A stretch of 64,000 nucleotides of DNA from the human T2T-CHM13v2.0 reference genome, Homo sapiens, in assembly GCF_009914755.1 (NCBI RefSeq), contig NC_060948.1. The stretch is one strand, 5' to 3'. The position numbers and the translations under genes were made by a program. Below are positions 41,769 to 62,022 of the stretch, one piece after another. Position 1 is the stretch's first letter, and each line of letters opens with the position of its first letter. The notes under the pieces were generated by a model. It did no database searches, was not told the origin of the DNA, and worked only from the letters and a program-made list of their open reading frames with translations.

Positions 41769-43213
41769 AAGATCACACACTGAGATATTTGGATCTCACA
41801 CCCTAAAGGAGGAGATTAACTTGATTTCCAGAGCTTCTCATGTTATGTGTCCCATTTTCAACAGAAGTATAGGAGGCATGCAAAGAAGCAGAATATATTA
41901 CTAAAACACAAGGAGAAAAGCACACAGAAACAACTGTTCCAATGAAGCCCAGGTGATGGACTTACTAGACAAGTATTTTTGTAAAGATTTCTGGATTTTA
42001 TTCCTTATGTTGTATCTTATTTGAATTTTTTCAGCTGACAAATAACTTTGAATTCTTTTATCATATGCAACATATTTCGAAGTATATATATATATTGCGG
42101 AATGATTACATCTAGCTAATTAACAGGCATGAGCCACTGCGCCCTGCTGGGTGTTTTTTTTTTTTTTTTTTTTTTTTTAAGATAAAGTTTTGCCATGTTA
42201 CCCAAATTGGTCTTGAGCTCAAGCAATCCTCCTACCTCAGCCTCCTTAGTAACTGGGACTATAGGCATGCACCACCACACCTTAATTTTTGTGTTTTTAA
42301 AGTTTTCAAAAGTTCTTCCTGTTATTGATTTCTAGTTTTATACCACTGAGGTCCAAACAGTACAATTACCTGATTGAATATATCATTTCAATCTTCTTAA
42401 ATATATGATTTCAGTCTTCTGCATATGTTGTTTTGGAGGCTAAAAGATGGTCTATCCTGGAGAAAGTTTCATGCAGTTGTGAAAAATGTATATTCTGCAA
42501 CTATTGGATAGAATATTGTGTAAATGTGTTCAGTCAGTAATAAAATATCTGATAAGCGAGAGGCTATTGTCTTTGCAGGTCTTTAAACTAAATCAGTAAT
42601 AAAATGTCTCTCATCAAAGAAAAGCCCAGGACCTGGTTTAACTGTAGAATCCCACCAAGCATTTAAAAAGAACTAATTAGACACGAAAAATAAATTTCAA
42701 GGTATCTATTGCAAAGCATATTGACTTTGTTTGGTCTAGAGTACAGTTCAAAGCCAGCATGTTTTTGTTAATTTTTTATCTGGATGATCTGTTCCTTGCT
42801 GAAAGTGGTATGTTGAAATCTCGCATTACTGTATTTGCTGTATTTCAGTATTTAGTGTATTTCAGTCTGTCTCTCACTTTTTTCTCTTTCACTGATATTT
42901 GCTTTATATATTTAGATGCTCTTATAGTGGGTGCATATATATTTATAATTGTCATCTCCTCTGCCTGTATTACCCTTTATTGTTATATAATAACCTTGTC
43001 TCTTTATAATATTTTTTAGTTAAGCATATTTTACTGAGTTATATAGTAAGTTATATACATATAGTTACTCCTGTTCTTTTTTTGTTTTCCACTTGCAAGG
43101 AACTTTTTTCCCATTCCTTTACTTGTAGTCTATATATGTTCTTACATATGAAGTAAGTCTCATAGACACTATGTAATCTGAATTTTTAAAAATCCACTTA
43201 GCCACTCTGCATC

Positions 43214-43506
<293 letters not shown>

Positions 43507-43637
43507 GCCACTCTGCATCTTTTTATAGGAGAATTCAATCAAGTGACCTTCAAGGTTTGTATTATTATTATTATTTATTATTTTGAGATGGAGTCCCACT
43601 CTGTCATCCAGGCTGGAGTGCAGTTGTGCCATCTCGG

Positions 43638-44746
<1,109 letters not shown>

Positions 44747-44810
44747 TCAGCTCACTGCATCCTCCGCCTCCTGGATTCAAGCAATTCTCCTGCTTCAGCC
44801 TTCCAAATAG

Positions 44811-45144
<334 letters not shown>

Positions 45145-45548
45145 TTTTTTTTTTTTTTTTTTTTTTTTGTATTTTTATAAGAGACGGAGTTTTACCAGGT
45201 TGGCCAGACTGGTCTTTAACTACTGACCTCGGGTAATTTGCTTGCTTCCACCACCCAAAGTGCTGGGATTATAGGTGTGGTCCACTGCACCTGGGTTCAA
45301 GTTAATTATTGAGAGTTGAGAACTTATGCTATTTTGTTAATTGTTTTCTGTTGTTTTGTAGGTCCTTTTTTCTTTCTTCCTCTCTTACTGTCTTCCTTTG
45401 TGATTAAATAATGTTCGCTAGTATTATTATTTAATTTCTTCATAGTTATTTTTAGTGTATCTATTATAGATTTTGGCTTTGAGGTTACCATGAGGCTTAG
45501 AAAAAGAGTCTGATATTGTTGTAAAAGGTTTTTAAAACTAGTAACGTG

Positions 45549-45855
45549 GTGGGGCACGGTGGCTCACGCCTGGAATCCCAGCACTTCATGAGGCTGAGGG
45601 GGGCAGGTCACCTGAGGTCAGGGGTTTGAGAGACTAGCCTGGCCAACATGGGGAAACCCCATCTCTACTAAAAATACAAAATTATCCGGGTGTGGTGGTG
45701 CATGCCTGTAATCCCAGCTACTCAGGATGCTGAGGCAAGAGAATCACTTGAACTTGGGAGGTGGAGGTTGTGATGAGCCAAGACTGCACCATTGCATTCC
45801 AGCCTGGGCAACAAGAGCAAAACTCCATCTTAAATAAATAAATAAATAAATAAAT
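45549..45855 (+). mobile_element. AluSp/Sq-like
   Basis: Dimer, (AAAT)n tail, TSD AAAACTAGTAAC. Confidence 0.9.
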
Positions 45856-45946
45856 AAAACTAGTAACAACCTAACTTTGATTACCAGAAAAAAAAAGTTC
45901 TACACTTTAACTCCACCCACATTTTGAATTATGATGCAAAAATTTA

Positions 45947-46218
45947 CTTTTTTTTTTTGGAGACAGTGTCTCACATCTGTCACCTGTGGTGCAGTTGTGT
46001 GATCATGGCTCACTGCAGCCTTCAACTTCCCTGGCTGTGATTTTCCCATCTCAGACTCCCAAATTAACCACCATGCCTGGCTAAATTTTTTAGATTTTTA
46101 GTAAACACAGATTTCACCATGTGGCTCAGGATGGTCTCGAATCCTTGGATTCAAGGAATCTGCCCATCTTGGCCTCCCAAAATGTTGTGATTACAAGCAC
46201 ATGCCACCATGCCCGGCC
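45947..46218 (-). mobile_element. AluJ
   Basis: Diverged antisense dimer. Confidence 0.8.
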
Positions 46219-47326
46219 TACATCTGTTTATTGTGCACAGCACCATTAGGCGATTAGAATATTCTGAGTTTGACTACATTTATTTTAATCAGAGTTTTAA
46301 ATCTTTAGATGTTTTTGTGTTTCTTATTTGTACTCTTCCTTTCAGATTAAAGAACTCCATTAGCATATCTTGTATAACAGGTCTAATGATGATAAACTTT
46401 CTAAACTTTTGTTTGTCTGGGAAAACATGTATCTCTCTTCATTTCTGAAAGAAAGCTTTGCTTCTTGGTTGGCACTTGTTTTCTTCAGCACTTTAAATAC
46501 ATTAATTATCTCACTCCCTGTGGGCCCATAATATTTCTAGATGTATTAGAAGTTCCTTATGCTTTTTTCTTGCTGCTTTTAGGATCCTCTCTTTTTTGTT
46601 GACTTTTGGCAGTTTGATTGCAATATGTTTTATACTAACTTTGTTTGGATTGAATCTGAATGATGATGTTTTTATCCTGCACCTAAATATTTTTATCATT
46701 CTTCAGGTTTGACAAGTATTCTTCTATTATATTTTAAAATAAGCCATCTACCCATTTGTCTTCATATATCTCTCTTGAAATCCTGTGACCTAAACATTTG
46801 TTCTTTTGATGTTTACTGTACATCCCATAACCTAGTTTTGTTGCTTTTATTAAATCAATAAATAATAAATTTGCCTGAAGTTATTTATATTTATATATAA
46901 TATTTATTTATATACATATTTATGCAATATATATAAAATATATATATAAAGCAGGAGAATCACTTTTCACTCTATTTTCTAATAGCTGGTCTTTGAACTC
47001 ACTGATTATTACTTCTGCTAGATCAATTCTTCTGCTGATGCTCTCTGTTGCAATTTTTATTTTATTTGCCATATTTCCAATTCCAAGATTTTCATTTTAT
47101 TTGTTTATAAACTGTCTGTTAAATTTCTCTGCTAAATTTCAAAATTATTTATCTGTTTTATTGAAGTTTACTGTTCTGCCTTAAAACATGTGTCTTCGCT
47201 GAGATCATGCCACTGCATTCCAGCCTGGGCGACAGAGTGAGAATTCATCTCAAAAAAACAAATAGAAAAAAGCAACACAGTTCTTCCTGGTCTGAATTCT
47301 TTGTTAGGCTAATCATATATATTTAG

Positions 47327-47673
<347 letters not shown>

Positions 47674-47837
47674 TGATTATTTTTGATTCATGTGGTTGTG
47701 CATCAATGTCTGTTTGTTGAGGAAGTGGGTATTTATTCCAGTCTTAAAACTATAGTTTTGTCTGTGACCATCTTTTTCCTAGCAGGCCTGTCCATATATT
47801 CTGAACACACTATCTGTTGTGTCCCTAAGTTCTTGAC

Positions 47838-48304
47838 TGTAGGGGTTCAATCAGGTTGGTGGGAAAAATATTAAAGATAGTAATAGCCCTAAACCTTCGT
47901 GGAAGGCTGAAAAGTTTGCAGAGCTTTAGTAACTGTTATGGCTGAAGCGAACCTGATCCTTACCTTAAGTAAATAGCTTAAAGTGAGTACAAAGGAATGT
48001 GGGGAGTTTATCTAACTAGCTTGTTTACTCATGTCGTCTTAAGACTAACCTTTGATCATTCATGGGTGCATGATTGCTCTCTCTGGGGTAGGGGTGACTA
48101 GGTCAATTATCCTCTAGTGGTGTTTACTCATGAACTTTGTCAATTAATCTTTACTGAATAAATGCAAGTCTCATTGATTGATCGAGGCCACACTGCAACT
48201 AAGTGGTCCAGATGCTCAGCTGAACAGGCAAAGCAGGATAACTATGTGTCAGTGTACTTTACTCATACATCATTAGGTCAGGGTCTGCAGAACAGACCCC
48301 CACA
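47838..48304 (+). mobile_element. Solo LTR22 (HERV-K HML-5)
   Basis: TGTAGGGGTTCAATCAGGTTGGTGGGAAAAATATT...CAGACCCCCACA; AATAAA at about 48157; 6-bp TSD CTTGAC/CTTGAT. Confidence 0.85.
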
Positions 48305-48574
48305 CTTGATGACTGCTGCCATCACAGCACTAAGTGAACCTCAAGTCCATGACAACCATGCTTAATGCAAACCAAGTTACAATTCTATGACCTCTGATGC
48401 TGGCTTAGCACCTGATTAGAATCAGTCGACAATCAGAGCTTATTGATTACGTGGGTAGCTGGGTAAGAAGTCAACCCTGTAAGACCTGTGGATCATGTTT
48501 CCTCAAGTGTGATGCTGTTGGTCAATCTCTTTGGTGCAGCATCTCCATTGGCCACAATACAGACCAACCATCAT

Positions 48575-48798
48575 TAGGTGTGTCCAATCTTTTAGCTGCC
48601 TTGGACCACACTGAAAGAACAATTGTCTTGGGACACACATAAAACACATGAACGCTAATGATAGCTGATTAACTAAAAATAAAATAATTTTAAAAAGTTC
48701 TGTGCATAAATCTCATAATGTTTTAAGAAAGGTTACAGATTTGTGTTGGGCCATTCAGAGCCACATGCAGCCTGTGGGCCATGGGTTGGACAAGCTTG
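48575..48798 (+). mobile_element. MER30 hAT DNA transposon
   Basis: TAGGTGTGTCCAATCTTTT...GGGTTGGACAAGCTTG termini and typical body. Confidence 0.85.
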
Positions 48799-50198
48799 AT
48801 CAAAATTCATATACTGGTAGCAGCAAGCTGACTTTACTCCCCATCCCCCAAAGAAAACCAAGAAGAAATATATACCAGCCAGATTATCACCAGCATTATC
48901 TTAGAACTCAAATATAAAGATGAAACAGTTTGCCAGACCACAGACAAGTAAAAAAATTTCAAGCAGATGGTAAAAGAATTGGCCTTCCATATGTATAAGG
49001 CGCCTCCCCAAATCTGCCTGGCACCACTTAAGCATACAGAAAATTTCTTCATGACTCATATTTTGCAGTCTTTACTGCAAAAATTGAGATTGAAGTGGAT
49101 AACCATCTTGGGTTCTCTGGCAGGAGACCTCTTCCTACCTCAACCCATAGAAAGCATCAGAAGTGTATGAAGGGAGACATTCCTTGAGGAAAGCCAGAGA
49201 AAAGGGGAGAAGGTGGGACTACCATCCACAGGCCTGCTGTAACTCTGCTGTCAGAAGGATCACGCTATAAGATATTTGTTGCCCAGGTCCCCTGGGCACA
49301 AACACTGAGCCAGCCTTCTGACACTAATGAAATATCCTTTTAGGCGTCTCCTAATTTGTTATGGGTGACAGTCTGATTGTTTACTAGAAACATGGCATGA
49401 CAGGACTTAATGTACCATCTGGCCAAAAAGGAATCAGTTAACATTGAGGGGGAAAAGAAAGATGACCAACAGGTAAATTACAAAGAATCTCTAAGCAAAC
49501 ATATCTAAGATTGGATTAAATAACTACTCCTTCCCGGCAATAACATAGATGTATATCAATAAGAAATGACAGCAAAAAGGAACCATGACCTTCCCATACA
49601 AAGCAAGAAAGCAACGACTACACCTAATGGGACAGGATATGTGAACTCTTTGACCAAGAATTCAAAATATTATCTTTTATGACTATAAAGTTGATGGGAG
49701 AAAGAAAGAGAAAAAAAATTAATTCAAAATAACAGTTTTAAGGGAATGTAGTCCAAGATAACACAGAAAAATAACAACAATTAGAGAAAGTTAATAAAAA
49801 GATGGAAATAATTTAAAAGTCAAACAGAAATCTTGAAACTAAGAAATACATTTGTTGTACTGAAAAACTTACTAGAGGATATTAACAGCATAAAGCAAGC
49901 TGAGCAAAGAATCAGTGAGCTTAAAAACAGGCTACCTGAAAATACACAAAGAAGAAAAAATGAAAAGAAATGAAGATCCCTTAAAAGACAGAAAATTAGC
50001 TCAAAATGAATTCTAAGAATTATTATGGTTCAACAGGGAATTGAGAAGGAGGTAGAGGTAGAAAACTTATTCAGATAATAACAGAAAAGTTTTCAAAATG
50101 TGACAAAGATAAATATTCAGGTACAGGAAGGTCAGAGATCACCAAACCAATTCAATCAAAATAAGACTATCCCCATGCAAATAATAATCAAATTCTCA

Positions 50199-50558
<360 letters not shown>

Positions 50559-51359
50559 AGGAATTTCAGTTCATCTGGCAACAGATTTCTCAATGGAAAC
50601 CATGGGCCAGGAAGGAATGTTTTTAAAGTGATGAAAGACAAAAAATGCAATTAAAGAATACTGTATTCAGCAAAACTGTAATTTAAATTTGAAAGAAAAA
50701 GTCTTCCCCAGATCAAGAAGAAAAAAAACAAGAGAGAATTTAGCACCACCAGAATGTGATAATTCACCCATATCAGGCTCATCTTACAAGAAATGCTAAA
50801 GGGAGTGCTTCAATCTGAAAGAAAAAAAACACTAACTTGCAACAAGAAAATATTTGCAGATATAAAACCCACTGTTAAAATTATTATAACACAAACCAAT
50901 ACCAAATACTCTAAATAATACTATCATTCCAGTGGACAATCCACTCACAACTCTATAAAGACCAGAAGACAACTATATCAAAATCTACTCATAACTATAA
51001 AGGTCAGAAGACAAATATATCAAAATCAAATAATAATAGCTACAGCAACCTGTTAAGATATAGGCAATATAAAAATATGAGAAAACACTTTTAAGTTAGG
51101 AGAAATGCAGTTAAATTGAAGAGGTTGTTTTTCATCTTTGGGGTATTTTTAACGTCTTGCTTGTTATCAGTGATAAGTTGTCTTAAGCCTCATTGTAAAT
51201 ACTATGCATAAACCTAGAAGGGATTTACCAAAATTAAAAGCAATGAATTAAGACATAATATCAGAGCAATTTATTTAACCACAAAAAAAAAGGAAGGGAA
51301 GAGAGAGGAGCTACAAAACAAGAAAAATACATGACAAAATGGCAGTAGTGAAGTTTTTA

Positions 51360-51736
<377 letters not shown>

Positions 51737-52786
51737 GCATAGATTGGCTGAATAAAGATATAGGGCCCAGTGATATGCTGCCTACAATAAACCTACATCA
51801 CCTACAAAGACACATACAGACTGAATGTGATAGGCTGGAAAATTATATTCCGTGGAACTGGAAACTGAAAAGGAGGAGGAACACCTATAGTTATATAGAT
51901 AAAGTAGACCACAAATCAAAGGCTGTGCAAAGAGACAAAGAATGTGACTATATAATAATTAAGGGGTCAATTCAGAAGAGACTATAACAATTTTAAGGGT
52001 CTTTGCAACCAACATTGAGATCCCAAGGGTATAAAGCAAACAGTAATAAATTTAAAGGGAGAGGTAGATTCCAATACAACAATATTAGAGGGCTATAATG
52101 TCCCCACTCTCAGGAATGAGCAGATGATTCTGACAGGAAATCAAAAAATAAATATTGGAGTAAAACTACACATTAGACCAAATAGGCATAATTGACATTT
52201 ACAATTCACCCAACAGTAGCTAAATGTATGTTCTTTCCATTAGGAAACAAAGCATTCTCCAGAATAGACCACATCATAGGCTGCAAAACAAGTCTCAACA
52301 AATTCATATAAGTAGGACTCATAGCAAGTACTTTTGCTGACAACATTGAAATAAAACTAGAAACAATTCAACAGTAATAATCAAGCTGAGCCCTAAATCA
52401 ATGTCAGTCCCATTTATAATAGCTATAACCACAACAAAAAATGCCTGTAAGTACGTTATTCAAGGATTGAAAGATCTCTGCAAGGAGAACTACAAAACCT
52501 AGAGGAAAAGAATTCATAGATGACACAAACAAATGGAAAAGCATCTCATGTTAATGGATTTAAAGAATCGACATTGTTAAAATGACCATATTGCCAAAAC
52601 AATCGATAGATTCAATGAAATTTCCACTAACATACCAAGGTCATCTTTCACAGGTACAGAGAAAACAATTCTAAAATTCACATGCACCAAACAACAAAAC
52701 AAAACAAAACAAAAAAGACAGTCAAATGGCTAACACAGTTCTAAGTAAAAAGAACTAAACTGGAGGCAGCATATTACCAAATATCA

Positions 52787-53123
<337 letters not shown>

Positions 53124-53580
53124 TTATATATATTTTGAGCTTATTACATCATTTTGCCCCACCTAGTCTCCAATATATTATATATATATTTACATACAGA
53201 CATATAAAATCTACATATAATATATAGACATATACACACATATATTTATATACACACATATATGTGTGTGTATATATGTGTGTGTGTACACACACACACA
53301 CACACATATACTACAAGGCTGTAGCAACTGAAACAGCATGACACCATTATAAAAAATAGACATATGGATCAATGGAACAAAACTGAGGACCCAGAAATAA
53401 AATCACGTATATACAGCTACTAATATTCAAGTCGACAAATATATGCAATGGGGAAAGGACACCCTATTCAATAAATGGTGCTAAGAAAACAGAATAGCCA
53501 AGTGCAGAAGAATGAACCTAGACCCACATCTCTCACTACATACAAAACCTAACTCAAAATGGATTAAAACTTAAATATAT

Positions 53581-55293
<1,713 letters not shown>

Positions 55294-56497
55294 TATTAAA
55301 ATCTTGAAGACAACTCAGAAGCTTTGGCCCAGGCAAATGATGTATGACTAAGACCTCAAAAGCAAGTTCAACAAAAACAAAATAAACAAATGAGAATTAA
55401 ACTAAAAATTTCTGCACAGTAAACGCAATAATGCAGTGAACAGTTTACACCATGGGAGAAAATATTTGAAAACAATGGACTAATATCCATAAACCACAAG
55501 GAACTCAAACTATTCAACAATAAAAAAATGTAACCTCGCTAAAAATTGGGAAAAGAAGATGAACAGCTAGTGTTTAAAAGAAAACATACAAATGGCCAGG
55601 AAGCATGTGAAAATGCTGAACCTCATGAAGCATCAGGGAAATAAAAATTAAAATCACAACAAGATACTATCTTCCACCAGTCAGAATCAGTATTATTAAA
55701 AAGTCAAAGAATAACAAATGTTGGTGAGAATTTGGAGAAAAGAGAATGCTTATATACTCTTGGTGGGAATGTATATTTTTACAACCTCTATGGAAAACCA
55801 TATGGCAATATCTCAAAGATCTAAAAATAAAACTAAAATTTGATCCAGTCATCTTATTACTGAATATCCACCCAAAGGAATATAAATAATTATATCAAAA
55901 AGATACTGCACTTGTATGCTTATCACAGCACCATTCACAGTAGCAAAGATGTGAAACCAAACTAAGTGTTCATCAATGGATGACTGAATAAAAAAATCTA
56001 CAAATATACCATGGAAAAATGCCGAGCCATAAAAAAAGAATGAAATATCTTTTTGCAGCAGGGCAGATGGAACTGGAGGCTAAGTGAAATAACTGAGAAA
56101 CAGAAAGTCAAATACTACATTTTTACGTATAAGTGGGCGCTAAATAATGTGTACACATGGACATAGAGTGTGTAATGATTGGCATAGGAGAATCAGAAAG
56201 GTGGGCAAGTGGGAGGGAAGTAAGGGATGAGAAGTTACCTACTGTATACAATGTACACTATTGAGGTGATGGGTACACTAAAAGCCCAAACGTTATTATA
56301 TCTAATATGTTTATGTAACAAAACTGCACTTGTATGCCCTAAACCTATAAAAAATTTAAAATAAGAAAAATTATAAACCCAAATAGACTAAAGTACATAT
56401 GAAAATATAAGAGGCAGCTAAAATACTTGGGTTAAAAGTAGATGAATACTTCTTGTGCAACAAGGGATCCATTTGGAAAATGACAAAATTACCTTCA

Positions 56498-56890
<393 letters not shown>

Positions 56891-57253
56891 TTAGAGAAAA
56901 CAGATTAATGTCCATTAATCTTTTTGTCAAAATGTTTTTTTACAAACCTAGTTAGAACAAGTCAAAATCCAGAAGAAATAAAACTAAGAATTGATAAATT
57001 TGACTACCTTAAACAGTAAGTTTGTACAGGAAAACAGCACCATACACAAATCAAGAAACCACTGACAAAATGGGAAATAACATTCATAACATGTATCACA
57101 GTAAAAGCACTAGGATATCTAATTTGTAAAGAACTCACATGTTAAGGGGCTAAGGACAAAAACCTGGCAGGAAAAAAAAGGGAAAGTTAGGCAAACAGAA
57201 AATTAATTACGTAAGATATCAAAACAGTCACTGAACAAATTTAAAAAAATCGA

Positions 57254-57553
<300 letters not shown>

Positions 57554-57585
57554 TCAAAAACATGACTTATAGAATGCAAATTAGA

Positions 57586-57880
57586 GCCAGGTGTGTAACA
57601 CCTGTAACACCAGCATGTTGGGAGGTGGAGGTGGGAGAATTGCTTGTGACCAGGAATTTGAGCCAGCCTGTGCAATGTTGTAAGACCCTATCTCTACAAA
57701 ATAATATTTAAAAACTAACCAGCATAGCACATGTCTTTAGTTCAAGCTCCTCAGGAGGTTGAGGCAGAATGGTTTGAGTTCAGGAGTTTGAGCCTAGCAG
57801 TGAATTATCACAGTGCCACAGCACTCGATCATGAGTGACAGAATGAGACTGTCTCTGTAAACATTTTTAAAAATAAAAAA
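57586..57880 (+). mobile_element. AluJ
   Basis: Diverged dimer. Confidence 0.8.
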
Positions 57881-59684
57881 TGACATACAAATTTAACATA
57901 TTTTACCTATTTGACTTACAAAATTAAAATATATGGAAGCATAGTCTCTGGTAAGGCTCTTGGCAAACAGAAACTTTCCTATGTTGTTAGTGAAAATAGA
58001 AATGCATATTGGTAAAACAGTGCTGGAGAAAAAACTGGGACTAAAATTTGCCCTCTGATCCAATAATTGTGCTGCTGAAAGTTTGTGGTAAACATATATC
58101 TCAATGATAAGGAAATACATAATGACAAAGATATACAGTACAGCAGTATTTGTATAATTGTATATTAAAACTACTCAAATGTTCATTTACAAGAGAGTAG
58201 TTGGATGAATTATAATACTTCCACACAATGGAGTACTTTATATCCATAAACAATAGTGAGAAAGATCTCTACTAACCAATCTGAAGTAATTTGAAAAATA
58301 TACTGTTAAATGAACAGGATGTATAGTATGCTACCTTTCATGTAAGGAGGAAGGGGATGAAAAAATGTACACGTATCTGTCACATATGTAGAAGAAATAC
58401 AGAAAGTATAAACCAGAAACTAAGGGGATAAGTTAGTTTCAGTGGATGGATGAGAAAGGAAGAGAAAGAAATAAGGAATAGTCATTGGGTAGTAGATATG
58501 AGTAGGGAGTGACACTTCTCTGTCATTTCTCCTTTAATGTTATATAATGCCCTTGTTTTTGTTGTTGTTTTTACTGTTGTTGTTTTAACAAATCTGTTGT
58601 ATCTGATACTCCTTTCTGCTTTTGCTTTCCATTTGAGTGATTTATATTTTCCCATTCCTTTACTATGAGTCTGTAGCTGCCTTTAGCTCTCAATATAGGT
58701 CTTTTGCAGGCAGGAGATTGTTGGGTCTTACTTTTTCAATCCAGTTTGACACTTTATCTTTTAAGTGGAGCACTTAGGCTATTTACATTCAAGGTTAATA
58801 CAGATACATGAGGTTTTGTTCCTGTTACAGTGTTAGCTAGTTGTTTTGGAGTGTCAATAGGATCTGTTTTGGAGTGTTTAAAGGATCTGTGAACTTTGTA
58901 CTTATATATTGTTTTTATGATGGTGAGTATCATTCTTTTGTTTTCATGTTTAGAACTTCTTTGATAATTCCTTGTAGGCCTTTTCTATTGGTGATGAACT
59001 CCTAAGCATTTGTTTGTCTGGGAAATACTTTATTTCTCTTCCATTTATGAAGCTTAGTTTGGCAGAATATAAAATTCTTGATGGGGTATTATATTTTTCA
59101 TTAAGGAAGATAAAAATAGCCCCTTTTCATTCTGGCTTGTAGGGTTTCTGCTTAGCAGCCTGCTGTTAATCTGATGGGATTTCCTTTATAAAAGATTGAA
59201 ATTTCTCTCTCGCCACCCTTAGGATTTTTTCCTTCACATTTATGTTGAACAGTCTCATGACTAAATGACTTGGTGAGGTTCTTCTTGGAATTTATCTTCC
59301 AGGAATTCTCTGGGCTTCTTGTAGTCAGATGCCTAAATCTCTCCCAAAGCCTGAGTTTTTCTGAATTATTCTTTTAATTAGGTTTTGCATACTTTTTACT
59401 TTTTCTTCTTCTCCTTCTATAATATCTAAGTCATAGGTTTGAATGCTTTACATAATCTTATTTTCTGAGGCTTTGTTCATTGTCAAAATTCTTTTTTCTT
59501 AACTTTTGTCTGACTAGGTTAATTTGAAAGACATGTCTTTGAGTTCTGAAATATGTTCTCCCACTTGGTCTAGCCTATTGTTAAATATTTCAGCTGTATT
59601 TAGTAATTCCTTTCATGAATACACCCTAAGTTATTTTCATGATTTGTGTCAGTTTTTAGCTTTCTCTTGGATCTCATTAAGCTT

Positions 59685-59855
59685 TATTTATTTATGTATT
59701 TATTTATTGAGACAGGGTCTCACTTTGTCGTCCAGGCTGGAGTGCAGTGGCACAATCTTGGCCCACTGCAACCTCTATCCTCTGGGTTCAAGCAATTCTC
59801 CAGCCTCAGCCTCCTGAGTAGCTAAGATTATAGGTGTGCACCACCATGCCTGGCT
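59685..59855 (-). mobile_element. Alu right-arm monomer
   Basis: TSD TCTCATT(A/G)AGCTTTA. Confidence 0.85.
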
Positions 59856-61200
59856 TCTCATTGAGCTTTAAAATCAGAATTTTGAATTATCTGGTATTTC
59901 AAAGATTTCATTTTGGTTAAAATTCACTGCTGGAGAGTTAGTGTGATTCTTTGCAAATGCTGTAACACTCTTTTCTAAGTACACTTTTGGAGTTTTTCTT
60001 TGTTTCTCATCAGGATAATTTTTTTCTTTTTCTTTTTTGTATTCACTCTTGTTTGGCCAGGAATCAACTGTCCCTCATCCCCATCCCACCCTGGTCACAC
60101 ACACCCCTTTGGGAGGTGTCTATAATGTATGATGTTGTCTTTGACTTTGGTTCTGTGCTTTCAGTGGGAAAGTCTATACAAGTTGCAAGAGTATTCACTG
60201 TTCAATGTTCAGTCCAGTAGGTGGCACAGATAATAACTGTTGCCAGTGTAGATGTGTGCATACTCGATGCCTGTTTACTCAGAGAAACTCTCTATTGCCT
60301 CAGGCAATTGGCTGATCTGTGAAATGCACAGTGATCTGAGCTCCCTGCTTAGCCCCACATATGGGTTTGGCTGGCACAACATGGGCAGGGCTGAACCAGA
60401 AAGGCCCGTCTACAAGTCCCCCAATGACAGGCAAAAGCATTAGTTCTGAGGGGAAGGGGTTCTGCTGTACAGCTCCTAGTGGCCAGAGGTGTGTCTAGGC
60501 ATGGAGTTGTGAAACCTCTGCTGCCCCAAGTTCTGCCCCAAATTTAGGCTGAGGTCAGCCTAAATTTATAATCTAGGAGTGGGTGCTCCAAGTGCCTGAA
60601 GACATGTCTTGGTGTCAAGTGAAGAGAGCTCTTTTGCACTGAGATCTTTGCAATGGAGGGAAGTTTTGGCCCATGCTCCCAATTGAGGCAAGCAGAAGTG
60701 GGGTCGGCCTCCCTCTCATTCTTCAGAAGTGGTGAGGCATGCTTTGCCCACAAGCCAGGGGAGTAGGCTGAGACATCTAGCAGTAACACAAACAGACAGG
60801 TTCCAGGTCACAAAGCTTTCCCTGGCTGCAAGTCTCTGCCCAGGAGAAACCTCAGCTTTTGCCACTCTTCTCTTGCTTCAGTTCTACAGCGGTGTCTTCG
60901 TCTCAGCCTTGGATCTGGAAAAATGCCTAGAGCTTTTCCTGGTGCCTCTTTCTTCCTCTCTGCCTCTCAACCTCTCCACTGGTTAACTCCCAGGCTTGGA
61001 AGAAACAAGGTGTTCTCCCTTGGCCTGAGATCCACAGATCCATAATGGAATAATAAGTCACAGAAGGGGACTCTCTGTCCTCACTGGAGCTTCACTCACT
61101 TTTATCAGCTGAATGCTGTCATTGGGTTTGGTTACCAACCCTTTCCTCTGCAGAATCTGTGGTGTCCTTCAGTGTATTCTGTTCTGGTGAATTATCATTT

Positions 61201-61530
<330 letters not shown>

Positions 61531-61858
61531 TAAAGCTTACAGAATTTATATTTACACATGATTTTTGCTATTTCCAAGTGGCTGAGGCACGTTAAAAGCC
61601 TCTAATCTGCCTTTTGGGAAAATATCTGTTTTTCAAATTTTAAGAAGAGTTTAAGAAGGGTTGATGTAAATTTTTCTTTAAATATTTGGTTACATTCATC
61701 CATGAAGCCATGTAGTCCTGGGCCTTTCTTATTGTGAGTTTTTGATTACTGATTCCTTATTGGAATTAACTGAAGGACACCACAGATCCTGCAGAGGAGA
61801 AAGTTGGTAAGCAAATGTAATGACAGTAATCTTTTTGTTACTCTGTTTTTTTATGTCA

Positions 61859-62022
61859 GCCAGGCTGGTTACTCACGCCTGTAATCCCAGCACAGTGGAA
61901 GGCTGAGGCAGGAGGATCACCTGAGCTCAGGAGTTCTAGGGCAGCTTGAACATGTCCAATCCCACCTCCATGAAAATTAGCCTGGCACGTGCCTAAGCAA
62001 GACTGTCTCCAGGAAAAAAAAA
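61859..62022 (+). mobile_element. Alu fragment (left arm plus tail)
   Basis: Left monomer with most of the right arm missing. Confidence 0.7.

Larger units (their letters stand above)
39985..41985 (+). mobile_element. Old L1M 5'-region fragments with an ERVL-type (MER54/74-like) LTR at about 40505-40925
   Basis: TTTTCAGAACTGTAGACACTAACCAAAAGCTTG L1M motif; CAGCAAGACCCCAAGATGTCACAGCATCAGAA LTR-end motif. Confidence 0.45.
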
